Made by a program: the position numbers and the translations under genes. Below, piece after piece: positions 42,506 through 50,782 of a stretch of DNA of 53,568 nucleotides; position 1 is the first letter of the stretch; every line of letters starts with the position of its first letter. This DNA comes from a virus (taxonomy: Duplodnaviria; Heunggongvirae; Uroviricota; Caudoviricetes): the IMG/VR virus record IMGVR_UViG_3300048925_000677, positions 1-53,568 of that record. One strand, written 5' to 3'. The notes under the pieces are model-generated. The model saw nothing but the letters and a program-made list of their open reading frames with translations, made no database searches and had not been told where the DNA came from.

Positions 42506-43201
42506 CTACCGAGGGTCACTCTCGACCCTCTCGAAATCGTTGATCATGGGGCTGTAGATGTCTTTCAGCCGCTTTCTGTCGTCAGTTCTCAGGTGCGTGC
42601 GGTGCTCCAGGCGGACATCCCACAAAGGCTCAGCGGGAAGCGCTTTCGGGCCGGCAAGGAATTCACGCTTGCCGTCGACCGGGGCGGTGACGACGAAGTG
42701 CGCCTGCTCGATCCGAATGCCGGGGATGGCGCGGAACAGGCACCGCAGCGGATGCTGGGCGTAGCTGGAGGCTTCGCGCTGCCAAAGCATCACCTCGGCG
42801 GCGTGTGCGTCAGTGGCCGCCAGTCGAGACTTGGTGTCCGCGGGTACATCGGAGATGATCTCATCGGCGTCAACCCGGAAAAACCAGTCGCCCGGCTGCG
42901 CAAACGTCATGCCGAGCTGGAACATGAAGTCCCGCTTGGCAACTTCGCCACCCCACTCGTCCCCCCACCAGACCTTGCGCGACTGATGGATGGTGCAACC
43001 GATGCCGGCGCCCGCGGCCGTGCGCAGGATCGCGTCAGCCTGGTCGGTGCCGCTCGCCGGCTGCATCATGGCACCCGGGAAGCCCGCATACGGGCCGTCA
43101 ACGGCGATGATGTGGTCGGCCAGTCGCGCGGTAGCGGCAACGCACTCGGCGAGCCAGGTGGGGCTCTCCTCGTACCAGTTCAGCAGTGCAATTATGGCCA
43201 T
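42506..43201 (-). CDS. glycosyltransferase family 2-like protein
   Basis: IALLNWYEE..WL..C, IIAVDG, WFFRVDADE (DxD). Confidence 0.8.
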   Translation of the reverse strand: MAIIALLNWYEESPTWLAECVAATARLADHIIAVDGPYAGFPGAMMQPASGTDQADAILRTAAGAGIGCTIHQSRKVWWGDEWGGEVAKRDFMFQLGMTFAQPGDWFFRVDADEIISDVPADTKSRLAATDAHAAEVMLWQREASSYAQHPLRCLFRAIPGIRIEQAHFVVTAPVDGKREFLAGPKALPAEPLWDVRLEHRTHLRTDDRKRLKDIYSPMINDFERVESDPR

Positions 43202-43419
43202 GCGGCCACCCGAAGACACACGGTCGGGAGGATGCGGGGCGGGTCGGTGAGCGTTCGTGCGTATTCGATACCGGTGATCCGGTATCTACCGCCGTCAATC
43301 TCGACGACCTCTCCAATGTTCAAAACCGCATCTTCATAGGGAAGCTGGCGAGTGTCCACCGCGGCGACGCGGCCCCGGCCGGTGATTGTGAACCAATCGT
43401 CGGCTGCTAGAAATTTCAC
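43192..43419 (-). CDS. stand-alone EF-Tu domain II-like beta-barrel protein
   Basis: DDWFTITGRGRV..LNIGEVVEIDG..ITGIEYARTLTD versus EF-Tu EDVFTITGRGTV..I.V.EEVEIVG..VTGVEMFRKLLD. Confidence 0.7.
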   Translation of the reverse strand: MKFLAADDWFTITGRGRVAAVDTRQLPYEDAVLNIGEVVEIDGGRYRITGIEYARTLTDPPRILPTVCLRVAAWP

Positions 43420-43607
43420 GCTGGCCTCACCCTCCCTACGGGTACGCACACCGTCTGGTGGGGCGCCAAACGCTCAGTGCCGCTGCCGTAGTCGGCCTCG
43501 GGGTCGATAGCCACGGTGCAACGCGCCCAGCCGTGGTCGATCCGCTCGACGTGGCCACGAAGGTCTTCGCCATCGAAGTCGACAATGACGTCGTCGCCGG
43601 GATTCAT
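43416..43607 (-). CDS. small SH3-like hypothetical protein
   Basis: PGDDVIVDFDG....GHVERI..GW pattern; ATGA overlaps. Confidence 0.65.
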   Translation of the reverse strand: MNPGDDVIVDFDGEDLRGHVERIDHGWARCTVAIDPEADYGSGTERLAPHQTVCVPVGRVRPA

Positions 43608-44827
43608 CGTCGCCCCAATCGCTTAACGGTCACGCCATCCCGATCCGGAATGACGCCGAAGGGGTCGACCACAACCGAGCCCTCGGGGAACTCCAGCGAG
43701 CGATACCGCTCATTGTTGGTGGCCAAGAAGTACACAGCCTTGTACATGTAATCCACATCGTTGACGTGCAGGAACTGCTCGCCAGACTGGCGGAGGATAT
43801 CGGCCATCAGCATTGCCGCGCTGCCGGTTTCGATGTCGGTCTCGGGCTTGAAGGCCGTTCCGAGCACGATGAGTGGCAGATCATGCTTCTCGGCGTAGTA
43901 GGAGGCGACCTCGGCGTGCCAGGCCTCATACTCCTGGCGGGCGTGCATCAGCGCGTCCCAGATGTTGAAGGACATGTCAACCTCTTCGGCGAGCCAGGAC
44001 AGCGCGATATTGTCGCGCGGGTGGCAGCCGCCACCGTCGGACATGCCGGCATCCATGTAGCGGCTCGACAGTAGCCGGCGGTCGGCGAGATCCCAGGCTG
44101 CCTTCATGTCGTCGAAATTCATGCCCATGCGCTCGCACATCTCGCCCCAGCAGTTGGCGATGACCGTCTTGGCGGTGATCCACGTGTTGTACGAGACCTT
44201 GATTCCCTCGGCCGTCGTCACGCCGGTGCGGATGCACGGGGCATCATTGATCGTGGCGTAGAACTCCTCCAGGAGATCCGCGGCCTCGTCGCTGCAGACG
44301 CCGATCAGGTTGAACTCCGGGTGTAGGTAGTCCTGCAGGACGGTGCCCATCGCGATGAACTGCGGGGTGTAGACATAGTCGACGAAATCGTTGAGTAGCG
44401 GGGCGATCTCGCGGGAGAACGTGCCGGGCAGGCAGGTGGAGATGACCGCGACAGTCTTGCGCACGCCCAGCCGCTCGCACGCCGCGGCGACGGCGGCCAC
44501 GCCCTCCTTCAGAAAGGTGTAGTCGAAATCCTCTCTGGCGTCGGGCATGATCGTGGCGCCCTCAAATTCCGGCGCGTGCGGGGTCTGGATGGCGACGAAG
44601 ATGATGTCCGAGTCGGCAACTACCTCGTCGACGGTGTCGTGCCACTGGATGTCATGATTGTCGAGCAGCGGCTGCAGCCCCTCCTCGCGGAACGGGATGA
44701 AGCGCGACTCCAGGTAAGTCTTGACGTCAGGATTGGCGTCGGTTCCGCAGACGGTGTGGCCGCGGCGTTCGATGGCTAGTGCGACCGGCAAGCCGAGCTT
44801 GCCCAGTCCGACATGACCAATTCTCAA
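43604..44827 (-). CDS. UDP-glucose/GDP-mannose dehydrogenase family protein
   Basis: GLGKLG Rossmann motif, IFVAIQTP, STCLPG, GGGCHPRD catalytic Cys, LG.AFKP.TD. Confidence 0.93.
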   Translation of the reverse strand: MRIGHVGLGKLGLPVALAIERRGHTVCGTDANPDVKTYLESRFIPFREEGLQPLLDNHDIQWHDTVDEVVADSDIIFVAIQTPHAPEFEGATIMPDAREDFDYTFLKEGVAAVAAACERLGVRKTVAVISTCLPGTFSREIAPLLNDFVDYVYTPQFIAMGTVLQDYLHPEFNLIGVCSDEAADLLEEFYATINDAPCIRTGVTTAEGIKVSYNTWITAKTVIANCWGEMCERMGMNFDDMKAAWDLADRRLLSSRYMDAGMSDGGGCHPRDNIALSWLAEEVDMSFNIWDALMHARQEYEAWHAEVASYYAEKHDLPLIVLGTAFKPETDIETGSAAMLMADILRQSGEQFLHVNDVDYMYKAVYFLATNNERYRSLEFPEGSVVVDPFGVIPDRDGVTVKRLGRR

Positions 44828-44845
44828 AGTGTTCCCCTTTGGTGG

Positions 44846-45403
44846 TTAGTCGAGTAGTGCTGCGATGTTTCGCTCGGATGTGTTGCCGCCGTTGCAGTGC
44901 ACTGCGGCAAATGCTTCAGCGAGCGCCTCTGGCGCGTTGAAATGGCCGTCCTTAAACGAGTAGCGGGCCAACTCGTCGTAGTCGACGGCGTCCGTCCATG
45001 TGAGATCGATCAGCGCGCGCGACGGTGCGTCACCGCGATTAGCGTCGAGGATGTGCGCGGCCTCGTGGTAGGTGACGAACTCCATTGGCGTGCAGGACAC
45101 GGTCCGCGGGTGGAAGTGACTCGCCTCGTCGTTGGCCATGGACTTCTCGAACGCGGCGCGATCCGCCAGAAATGTCGAGTTGAAGGTGATTACCCCACCG
45201 CCGGCCTGTGCGTAGATGTCATTGAGTGGCTCGGAGTCGATCTTGACGTCCCGCAACTCCGGGTATTTCACGGCGAGTTTGTCTATGGCGCCGTCAATCT
45301 CGGCGGAGAGCGTCGGGTCGGCGCCCTGACTGAGCTTGGTCTCGCCACATGCGGCAAGGGTGGCAACGATAACCGCGGCGGAGGCGAGATATTTGATGAG
45401 AAT
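44846..45403 (-). CDS. lipoprotein with HExxH zincin motif; apparent ATT start
   Basis: In-frame extension upstream of track start encodes ILIKYLASAAVIVATLAA-C lipobox; AGGAG SD 8 nt before ATT; YHEAAH..EALAE. Confidence 0.75.
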   Translation of the reverse strand: MLIKYLASAAVIVATLAACGETKLSQGADPTLSAEIDGAIDKLAVKYPELRDVKIDSEPLNDIYAQAGGGVITFNSTFLADRAAFEKSMANDEASHFHPRTVSCTPMEFVTYHEAAHILDANRGDAPSRALIDLTWTDAVDYDELARYSFKDGHFNAPEALAEAFAAVHCNGGNTSERNIAALLD

Positions 45404-45414
45404 GGGCTGTTCTC

Positions 45415-45960
45415 CTAGCGCCCGTATGTCAAGCTGTTCCCCGGGCTGAAGAAGTAGTGGTAGAGCGTCTGATCGATGTAATGCTCGGTCTTTGGCGAGA
45501 CCTGGTCGGCCCAGCGCTTGTCCTCCCCATAGCCGCCGTTAAAACGTCCCTGTCGGGCGATCTCGGTGCGAATCGGGTTGAGGTGGCTGACATTCCGGTA
45601 GTAACCGTTAGCGTCGTCGGACCACTCGTCGTACTCAAGCGAGTGATAGGTGGGCTTCTGGCGCGCTCCGTCGATGTAGAGCTGAAGCTGGAAGCCGATA
45701 TAGTCGACACCGTCGAGAAGCGGGTAGATGGCGTCGACGTAGTTGCCGGCGACCATGTCGTCATCGTCGATGAAGTTGAAGTACTCCCCCGAGGCGTTGT
45801 CCAGGCACCACTGCCGTTTCTCGGCGACGGTTCCCGGCATGTTGCAGGTCATCAGCTCGATGTCCGAGCGAGCCTGAATCTGTGGAGTGAGGGTGTTCAT
45901 GAGCCGGGCGTACTCGTGGCGGCGCTCAGGGACTGTGAGGACCGCTATCGTCCACTTCAC
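45415..45960 (-). CDS. glycosyltransferase family 2
   Basis: WTIAVLT, KRQWCLDNASGEYFNFIDDDD. Confidence 0.88.
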   Translation of the reverse strand: MKWTIAVLTVPERRHEYARLMNTLTPQIQARSDIELMTCNMPGTVAEKRQWCLDNASGEYFNFIDDDDMVAGNYVDAIYPLLDGVDYIGFQLQLYIDGARQKPTYHSLEYDEWSDDANGYYRNVSHLNPIRTEIARQGRFNGGYGEDKRWADQVSPKTEHYIDQTLYHYFFSPGNSLTYGR

Positions 45961-46649
45961 TGCATGACCTCCTGCAGTTTCGCCGCGGTGTCGCGAATGA
46001 GCGCCTGCACTTCGGCGCCGTAGTACAGCTCGTCCGGCCGGCACTCCTGGTGGCGGGCCAGGCGCTCGCTGGTGTTCTGATCGATCTCCGCCTTGCCCAC
46101 GATGTAGTGCATGTGCTCGGTGTAGATGTCGATCTCCAGGTGGCGGCCAATGAGTTTGGAGACGTCGTTAAGGAACGTGTCGTTGAAATCGCTGACGAAC
46201 AGCGGCGGGAAAAGGAACCCGGCGGTCTCGACCCACTTGCGATGGATGAAGCCGTGCGTCCCAAAGTTGTTGCCGTCCTGGTATCCGTCGCGCCCGAAGG
46301 CGAACAGGATCTTGTCCGGGTAGGCATCGAACGTCTCGCGCACAACGTCGTCCCAGCCGGGCGTGCGAAACACGATGTCGTCGCCGCAGTGCATGATGAT
46401 GTCCGCGCGCGACGCGTCGAAGCACAGATTCCACATCGCCGAGAGGTTCACGAGATTATCGCGCTCTCGGGGGCCACGGACCTGCACCCATTTGATGTCG
46501 ATCTGCAGGTCGTCGTATGAATGGTCATCAGAGTCGATGTACGTCACGATCCGGATGTTTTCCGGGTGCGACGCCGTGGCGTTGATGGAATCAACCAAGC
46601 GGCTCAACTGATTCGGCCGCTGGCGGGTTGGGAGGAGGAGGTCAATCAA
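45957..46649 (-). CDS. glycosyltransferase family 2-like
   Basis: LLLPTRQRP, YIDSDD, MHCGDDIVFRTPGWD, DT(F)LND; TTG start overlapping upstream stop. Confidence 0.85.
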   Translation of the reverse strand: MIDLLLPTRQRPNQLSRLVDSINATASHPENIRIVTYIDSDDHSYDDLQIDIKWVQVRGPRERDNLVNLSAMWNLCFDASRADIIMHCGDDIVFRTPGWDDVVRETFDAYPDKILFAFGRDGYQDGNNFGTHGFIHRKWVETAGFLFPPLFVSDFNDTFLNDVSKLIGRHLEIDIYTEHMHYIVGKAEIDQNTSERLARHQECRPDELYYGAEVQALIRDTAAKLQEVMQ

Positions 46650-46776
46650 GGACGGGGACCGCCTTGATGCGCATTTCAGCCTGCTCTTCAGCGGGGCGGT
46701 CAGCCATCTCCATGCAGAGGCGCTGGAAGCGCTCGGCGACGGCAACGGGCTCCCCGCGGTCGGTGAGGACATGCAT
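46642..46776 (-). CDS. 44-aa hypothetical protein
   Basis: GGAGG SD; MHVLTDRGEPVAVAERFQRLCMEMADRPAEEQAEMRIKAVPVLD; TTGATTGA coupling to GT. Confidence 0.6.
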   Translation of the reverse strand: MHVLTDRGEPVAVAERFQRLCMEMADRPAEEQAEMRIKAVPVLD

Positions 46777-46790
46777 GAAACCTCCAATTT

Positions 46791-46840
46791 GTCTCAATAG
46801 TGAGACATTTGTTGCATTGGCGAGATTCGGGACTTAGATT
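46791..46840 (+). promoter_or_regulatory. palindromic site GTCTCA-N4-TGAGAC plus SigA-type promoter for paralog cassette
   Basis: GTCTCAatagTGAGAC at 46791-46806; TTGCAT (46812-17), 17 bp, TAGATT (46835-40). Confidence 0.65.
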
Positions 46841-46874
46841 GGGGACACAGGCCACACAATCCCAGGAGATGAAC

Positions 46875-47228
46875 ATGACCGTTTTGCAGGACTTGATCGA
46901 TTCGCGCGACCTTCTGATCCGGGGTGGGTACACCGCCCACTATCTCAGGATGGACGGGCGCCACTGCGCGGTCGGCGCGGTGCTCGATGCCACCGGCAAC
47001 GAGGACATCCACGCCTTCATCTACAACACGATGAACGAGCGGGGCGCCGCGGTGATTCGTGCGCTGAATGCCACCCTCCCCGAGGATTTCCAGCCACATC
47101 TCAATTCTCAGCACCTGGGGGACATCGCGTCTCGGGTGGCTGGATACAACAACCGGAGGGGCGAGGAGGCGGTGATCGCAATGTTCAATTCCGCCATCGC
47201 CCGCGAAGAGACGCTCGTCTCGGCCTAA
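46875..47228 (+). CDS. DUF6197-like protein, paralog 1
   Basis: MTVLQDLIDSRDLL..G....HCAVGAV...YNN; AGGAG SD. Confidence 0.75.
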   Translation: MTVLQDLIDSRDLLIRGGYTAHYLRMDGRHCAVGAVLDATGNEDIHAFIYNTMNERGAAVIRALNATLPEDFQPHLNSQHLGDIASRVAGYNNRRGEEAVIAMFNSAIAREETLVSA

Positions 47229-47253
47229 CCCCAACCGCCAAAAGGAGATTCAC

Positions 47254-47652
47254 ATGACCGTTTTGCAAGATCTGATCGACAGCCGCGACCTCATCATTCG
47301 CGACGGGTGGTCGCTCGGCCGGCTGCGCGGCGCGAACGGAAGTCACTGCGCCATGGGCGCGGTGCTCGATACCACCGGCAACGAGCACATCAACCACTCG
47401 CTCGCATACGACACGATGAACGAACGCGGCCAAGCGGTGACCGCCGCGCTCTACGAGGCAATTCCCGCGGAGAAGCGGGCCTCGATCATGGCCGAATGGG
47501 GCGATGAGATCGCAGAACTCCACCCGGATTGCGTCCGAGGGTGCACCGTGGGTGACTACAACAACTACTTCGGCGAGTCGACGGTGATCGAGATGTTCAA
47601 CGTCGCTATCGCCCAGCAGCGGGCCGCCGCCTCCACTTCATACAAGCGCTGA
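47254..47652 (+). CDS. DUF6197-like protein, paralog 2
   Basis: Same motifs (HCAMGAV, YNN); AAGGAG SD. Confidence 0.75.
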   Translation: MTVLQDLIDSRDLIIRDGWSLGRLRGANGSHCAMGAVLDTTGNEHINHSLAYDTMNERGQAVTAALYEAIPAEKRASIMAEWGDEIAELHPDCVRGCTVGDYNNYFGESTVIEMFNVAIAQQRAAASTSYKR

Positions 47653-47666
47653 AGGAGATATCGAAC

Positions 47667-48053
47667 ATGACACTCTTGCAGGATCTGGTCGCCAGTCGCG
47701 ACCTACTCGTCAAGGATGGATGGGTGGCGCACAAGTTGCGCGACTCCGAAACGGGCGCGCGTTGCGCCGTCGGTGCGGTGCTCGACGCCACCGGGAATGA
47801 AGACCTCGACGCGTTCACCTACGGAGAGATGAACGAGCGCGGCGTCGCGGCGGTGGATGCCCTCTATAACCTCCTACCGGTGGGGTGGAAGGGGTATCGC
47901 GAAGCATCGTTGACCACGAAGGCGATCTGCATCGCCGACTACAACAACGGACGGGGCGAGCAGCCCACCGTTAAGCTCTTCGAGAACGCCATCGACGCCC
48001 TCGCGCCGGCAGCCGTGGGCTGCGGCGTTCGGCAAATAGGCGTGTTCCGTTGA
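47667..48053 (+). CDS. DUF6197-like protein, paralog 3
   Basis: RCAVGAV, YNN; AAGGAG SD. Confidence 0.75.
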   Translation: MTLLQDLVASRDLLVKDGWVAHKLRDSETGARCAVGAVLDATGNEDLDAFTYGEMNERGVAAVDALYNLLPVGWKGYREASLTTKAICIADYNNGRGEQPTVKLFENAIDALAPAAVGCGVRQIGVFR

Positions 48054-48089
48054 CAACGGAACGGGTGAATTAACCGAACAGTGACCACC

Positions 48090-48127
48090 GAAAGGCCGAG
48101 CACCCGCTATATGGTGCTCGGCCTTTC
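48090..48127. terminator. bidirectional terminator between capsid gene and paralog cassette
   Basis: 15-bp IR GAAAGGCCGAGCACC/GGTGCTCGGCCTTTC. Confidence 0.75.
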
Positions 48128-48159
48128 ATGGTTACTGAGATGCGCTTGCGCGCAACGCC

Positions 48160-49539
48160 TTACGCGAAGGTCGGCGCGGTGAGAGCGGTACCGGTGATTT
48201 CGGCAATGCTCTCCGAGTGGCGCTCAGCGGTGAACGCCAAGAAGCCGTAGACCTGCAGCAGGATCGTCAGGTTGTCGGCCCGCGTCTGGTCGAAGGTCCG
48301 GGTACGGATGCCCGATTCGAACAGGAGCAGGTCGCTCGCGCGCAGGATGTGGACGACATCCTGGTTGGTGCCGGCACCGAGGTTGGTCGGCAGCAGCGGG
48401 TCGGTGTACACGGGCAGGCCGTGCAGGTTGCCCACGTAGCCGGCGGTGATGACGCCGCCGTGCGTACCGATCAGCGGGGTGCTCGCGTTGGACGAGCCCG
48501 AGATCAGCGGCACGTCGTTGGCGGTGAACACCGCCTGCAGCTGAGACCAGCGCCGCGGGTGCATGACGATGACCTCGGCCGGCAGGGTGCGCTGAGTACC
48601 CACGCGCTGGATCGCGTCAGCGATCTTCGCGTAGAGGGTCTTGGCCTTCGACAGCTCGTTACCGGCGTCGGTCGCGGTGATCGTGGTGATGCCAGAGGCA
48701 TTCCGGACGCCCTTGACCTGGCCCGAGGTATTCGAGCCGTTGATGACCTGCAGGTTGAGCTTGTTCGCGTAATCCGCCGAGAGATCCCGGAAGATGATCT
48801 CGTCGAAGTTCAGCGGCGACTGCTCCAGCGCCTGGATGGACAGGGCCTGCGCACCCGCGATGGTCTTGACCTGCGCCGAGACGAAGGTGTCGGTCAGGTC
48901 GACCTCGGTGATCGCGGTGTTGTCCGCGGTCTGGATGCCGGTCGAGGTGCCGGTCGCGATCTTCGGGATCGAGATCGAGTCCGTGCCGCCGGGCAGCGGC
49001 TCAGACGGCGCCAGGTTGGCGTAGACCCGACCCGGGCGGGACAGCTCGATGAAGCGGTCCATCAGCCATACGGGCGGAACCAGGTAGCCGCCGGTGCCGT
49101 CGGTCCGGTTCAGGGCGCGGACCTCATTGGCGTGCGCATTCAGGCGCGCCTGCACCTGATCGTCACCCATGTTGAAGGCGCGGGCCAGCATGTCCTGGAC
49201 GTAGGACTTGCCGTTACCCTTCTCATAGGTGCGGTGCTCGTTGGTGACGGTCACGGTCGTGGTGGGACGGGTCACGTTGCGGACCTCCTCGGTGTGGCGG
49301 CCGGCGCGCGCAGCCTCGGCTTCCAGGTCGGTGATCTGGCTGGACAGGTCGTCGACCCGGTCCTGCTTGGCCTTGACGCTGGCGGTAGCCGCGCGGAAGG
49401 CGGTGTCCTCGTCCTCGGTCAGGTCGGCGTCGCCGCGGGCCTCGACAGCGTCGAGAACGGCGTCACGGGCGGTGATTTCGGCGTCGATCTCGGCCAGGAG
49501 GGCGGCGCGAGCTTCGATCAGCTTCTGCAAACGATCCAC
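48160..49539 (-). CDS. major capsid protein, HK97 fold, with N-terminal delta domain
   Basis: Coiled-coil N-terminus, GGYLVPP, VKTIAG, ING, LHGLPVY.D; AAAGGAG SD. Confidence 0.95.
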   Translation of the reverse strand: MDRLQKLIEARAALLAEIDAEITARDAVLDAVEARGDADLTEDEDTAFRAATASVKAKQDRVDDLSSQITDLEAEAARAGRHTEEVRNVTRPTTTVTVTNEHRTYEKGNGKSYVQDMLARAFNMGDDQVQARLNAHANEVRALNRTDGTGGYLVPPVWLMDRFIELSRPGRVYANLAPSEPLPGGTDSISIPKIATGTSTGIQTADNTAITEVDLTDTFVSAQVKTIAGAQALSIQALEQSPLNFDEIIFRDLSADYANKLNLQVINGSNTSGQVKGVRNASGITTITATDAGNELSKAKTLYAKIADAIQRVGTQRTLPAEVIVMHPRRWSQLQAVFTANDVPLISGSSNASTPLIGTHGGVITAGYVGNLHGLPVYTDPLLPTNLGAGTNQDVVHILRASDLLLFESGIRTRTFDQTRADNLTILLQVYGFLAFTAERHSESIAEITGTALTAPTFA

Positions 49540-49720
49540 TAGGGATCTCCTTTCGGATTTTGGGCACGAATAGGCCCGGGCACTGGGTCATTGGGGAGCC
49601 CCGCATGTGCCATGACGGGGTCGCGCCCTCCCCCAGGTGCTTTAGGAGGACACTTCAAACGGCCCCCAGTGCCAGGGAGCAATTCGCGAAAGAACAAGCG
49701 AGGGAATGACCCTCGGGGGC

Positions 49721-50782
49721 TTAGCGCTCAGTTAGGGCGCGAGCGAGGCGCAGGCTCATGCCGCGCTTCGGTGCTTCAGGCTCCTTGGCGACGGGCGCCG
49801 GGATGAGTTCGAGCTTTTCGAGCATCTCGATGAGTTTCGGCGCGCGTTCGTCGTTCGCGTCGACGCCGAAGTGCTCCCGTAGGGCGGCTTCGATCTCGGG
49901 ACTAGCCTCGGATTCGACCGTTTCCGACTGTGCGCGTTCGGCATTCAGCCACGTGAGCACGTCGGCACGCCAAACAGCCTCGGCGGTGAGCCATTCGTAG
50001 GTGCGAATAGTCTCGTCGGCCTGGCCTTCGAATTCGCGGACGTCATCGGCAGCCGGGTCACCGGTCTTGCCGGCCACCGGCTGTGCATCGCGGACGGCAG
50101 TGAGACGCTCCTGTGCGACCTTGAGATCCTTGACGGCATCTTCGGAGCGGACCTCGGCCAATTCGGTCTCGTCGCATTCGGCGAGATATCGCACGGCATC
50201 CGCCGCGGACCGTACGCCAATCGAGGTGTCCGGGTTGGCGCCGAAGTTCACGATGCTGACGTCACCCTTGTGCAGGGAGACCTCGGTGATGGTGCGGTAC
50301 GAGTGGTTGTCGTCGTCGTAACCCTCGGCCGCCCGCCACTCCTGGGCTTTTACCCGGAACGCGAAGGACATTTCGTCCATGTCGCCGCGCTCCATCTTGA
50401 CGAAGATGCCCATCGAGTCGGGATCGCGCTTGTCAAGCGTCGCAACGACCTTCAGACCCTTCTCGTCAGCCTCCAGCACGCAGGTACCCGACTTAGTGCG
50501 GGCCAGCGGCGTGCCGGCGTGGTTGATCAAGAAGTGCAGATCAGGCTTCTCGCGGAGCGTCTTGTCAAATGCGTTGGGGTCGATGCGCTCGATGTAGCCG
50601 TAGCCGTTGGCCGGCCCGCCGTACATCTCGTACTCTTCGAACGTCGAGGCGTAACCCTCAACGACAAAGAGGTTCTCATCCTCTGCGACGTCCCGATGCT
50701 CGATGCGATCCATCGGGATCGCGCGCCACTCCGGAGAGTCGGTGATATTTACTGGACGCGCGCGGCGAGTCAGTAGATCCAT
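49721..50782 (-). CDS. HK97 family prohead protease
   Basis: GYASTF, E.IDP.AF, LINH, GL.V.A, EMSFAF, DVSIV.F.AN. Confidence 0.93.
   Translation of the reverse strand: MDLLTRRARPVNITDSPEWRAIPMDRIEHRDVAEDENLFVVEGYASTFEEYEMYGGPANGYGYIERIDPNAFDKTLREKPDLHFLINHAGTPLARTKSGTCVLEADEKGLKVVATLDKRDPDSMGIFVKMERGDMDEMSFAFRVKAQEWRAAEGYDDDNHSYRTITEVSLHKGDVSIVNFGANPDTSIGVRSAADAVRYLAECDETELAEVRSEDAVKDLKVAQERLTAVRDAQPVAGKTGDPAADDVREFEGQADETIRTYEWLTAEAVWRADVLTWLNAERAQSETVESEASPEIEAALREHFGVDANDERAPKLIEMLEKLELIPAPVAKEPEAPKRGMSLRLARALTER

Noticed and set aside
45957-46787. Track ORF start at 46787 for the glycosyltransferase
   Set aside because: N-terminal 46 aa are low-complexity and overlap a better-supported 44-aa ORF with SD; TTG 46649 fits coupling and the GT2 N-terminal strand
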